Origin: Chiloscyllium plagiosum
Lineage: Eukaryota
Reading direction: 5' to 3'
Length of the DNA stretch: 64,000 nt
Assembly: GCF_004010195.1 (NCBI RefSeq)
Contig: NC_057718.1
Location: 18,868,588 to 18,932,587, forward strand
Both the position numbers and the translations under genes were made by a program. Of this stretch, positions 62,815 through 64,000 are shown piece by piece (positions within the stretch are counted from its first letter, which is position 1; the number at the start of each line of letters is the position of its first letter). The notes beneath the pieces are model-generated. The model was not told the DNA's origin. It saw nothing but the letters and a program-made list of their open reading frames with translations, and ran no database searches.

Positions 62815-63404
62815 GTATGTGTAAAGGGAGTAGTTGATGTCTTTAAGCAGAGTGAATCGATCTACCTTTGTAGATTCGGCCTAATTTTCAAATCATTGTC
62901 TTAATGTTTACTGAGAAACCTACAACAGATACCAAAGGACCTCATTTAAATTGCAATCCATTCCTGCTCATATCAGATATTGACATAGTCCCAGATGCCT
63001 CAGAATAATTTGGCACATTCCCAGGGAATATAGCATATATAGTGACATATCCTAGGTACTTCTTGAGAACAGTGAGGTACTGTCAATAGTGCAAAATGTG
63101 ACAGAGTCACAAGGATCTGTTATTGATTCCATGGATAGAAATGTCAGATTTTTGTACTTCAAAGATTTTTCAGTGTTTCAAGTACATAAACACATAATTG
63201 GAGATACTGTACATTCGACTCTTATTATCACGGATGCAAACGAGTCCTTAACTTGGGGTGATTGCAAATTCCTTACTAATTATATACACGTCACCCTGGG
63301 ATAAAGGAAATATTAGTTATAATTAGACTTTGTTATAAGCAGATGTTCATAATAATGAAAATCAAAACAGGACATCAGAGCAGCTGTTGATGAAAACATC
63401 CAGT

Positions 63405-64000
63405 CAGAAACATAGAGGTTTACAGCATAGCAACAGTTTTACGGTCCATTGAGACCACACCAGTCAAAAATAAGCACCTAACTGGTCTAATTGCATTTTC
63501 TAGCACTTTGCATCTTGTCTTATATGTCTTGGCATCACAAATGCACATCTAAATGCTGCTTAAATGTTATGAGAGTTTCTATCTCAACCATAGTTACAGA
63601 CCGTGAGTTCCAGATTTCCACCACTCTAAGTGAATAAATGTTTCCTCACATACCCTCAAAACTATTTGCCCTTTATCTTCAATCTACGGTTATTTATTCC
63701 TCCAGCAAAGGGAAAAACTTCTTTCTGTCTAACGCATCTTTGTCTGTCATAATTTTATACATCTCAGTCATGGCTGCCTCAGTCTCCTCTGCTCCAAAGA
63801 AAACAATTCCAGTCTGTCCAATCTCTCATTGTAATGAAAACTCTCCAGACTCGGCAACATGCTGGTAAATCTTTTCTGCTCCCTCTCCAATGTAATCACG
63901 TCCCTATTGTAATGTGAGTTTTAGAACTGCACATAATACTCTAACAGTGGCTTAATCAACTTTTATACAGTTCCAGTATGACCTTCTGCTTTCAAACTCT
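63405..64000 (-). mobile_element. CR1 3' portion, cut by window end
   Basis: Reverse-complement motif LYKKLIKPLLEYYVQF..DVITLEREQKRFTSMLP. Confidence 0.8.

Overview
This is repeat-dominated vertebrate genomic DNA with no intact protein-coding gene that I can recognise. HE1-type V-SINEs and HER1/CR1-type LINEs point to an elasmobranch (shark) genome; that is an inference. Nearly all ORFs in the supplied track are fragments or antisense frames of transposable elements. These include CR1-group LINEs of several ages, L2 remnants, an internally deleted L1, Gypsy LTR remnants (one with Gmr1-like INT-RT-RH order), two Harbinger transposase fossils, a Harbinger Myb/SANT-like fossil, a Tigger-like MITE and several tRNA-derived SINEs. 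The most striking structure is about 20 Penelope-like element (PLE) insertions from at least four families. Many are tiny (87-300 bp), fold-back and flanked by 10-17 bp target-site duplications (TSDs). Their terminal repeats carry minimal type I hammerhead ribozyme motifs (CUGANGA + stem II + GAAA + palindromic helix III + NUH) that co-vary between families. Other points of note are a single-ORF LINE that appears to begin with the same tRNA-like head as a SINE family in the window, two old local duplications, and two candidate minus-strand micro-exons near 60.7 and 62.3 kb. Two assembly gaps are present. All family assignments come from motif recognition by eye; no database search was run.
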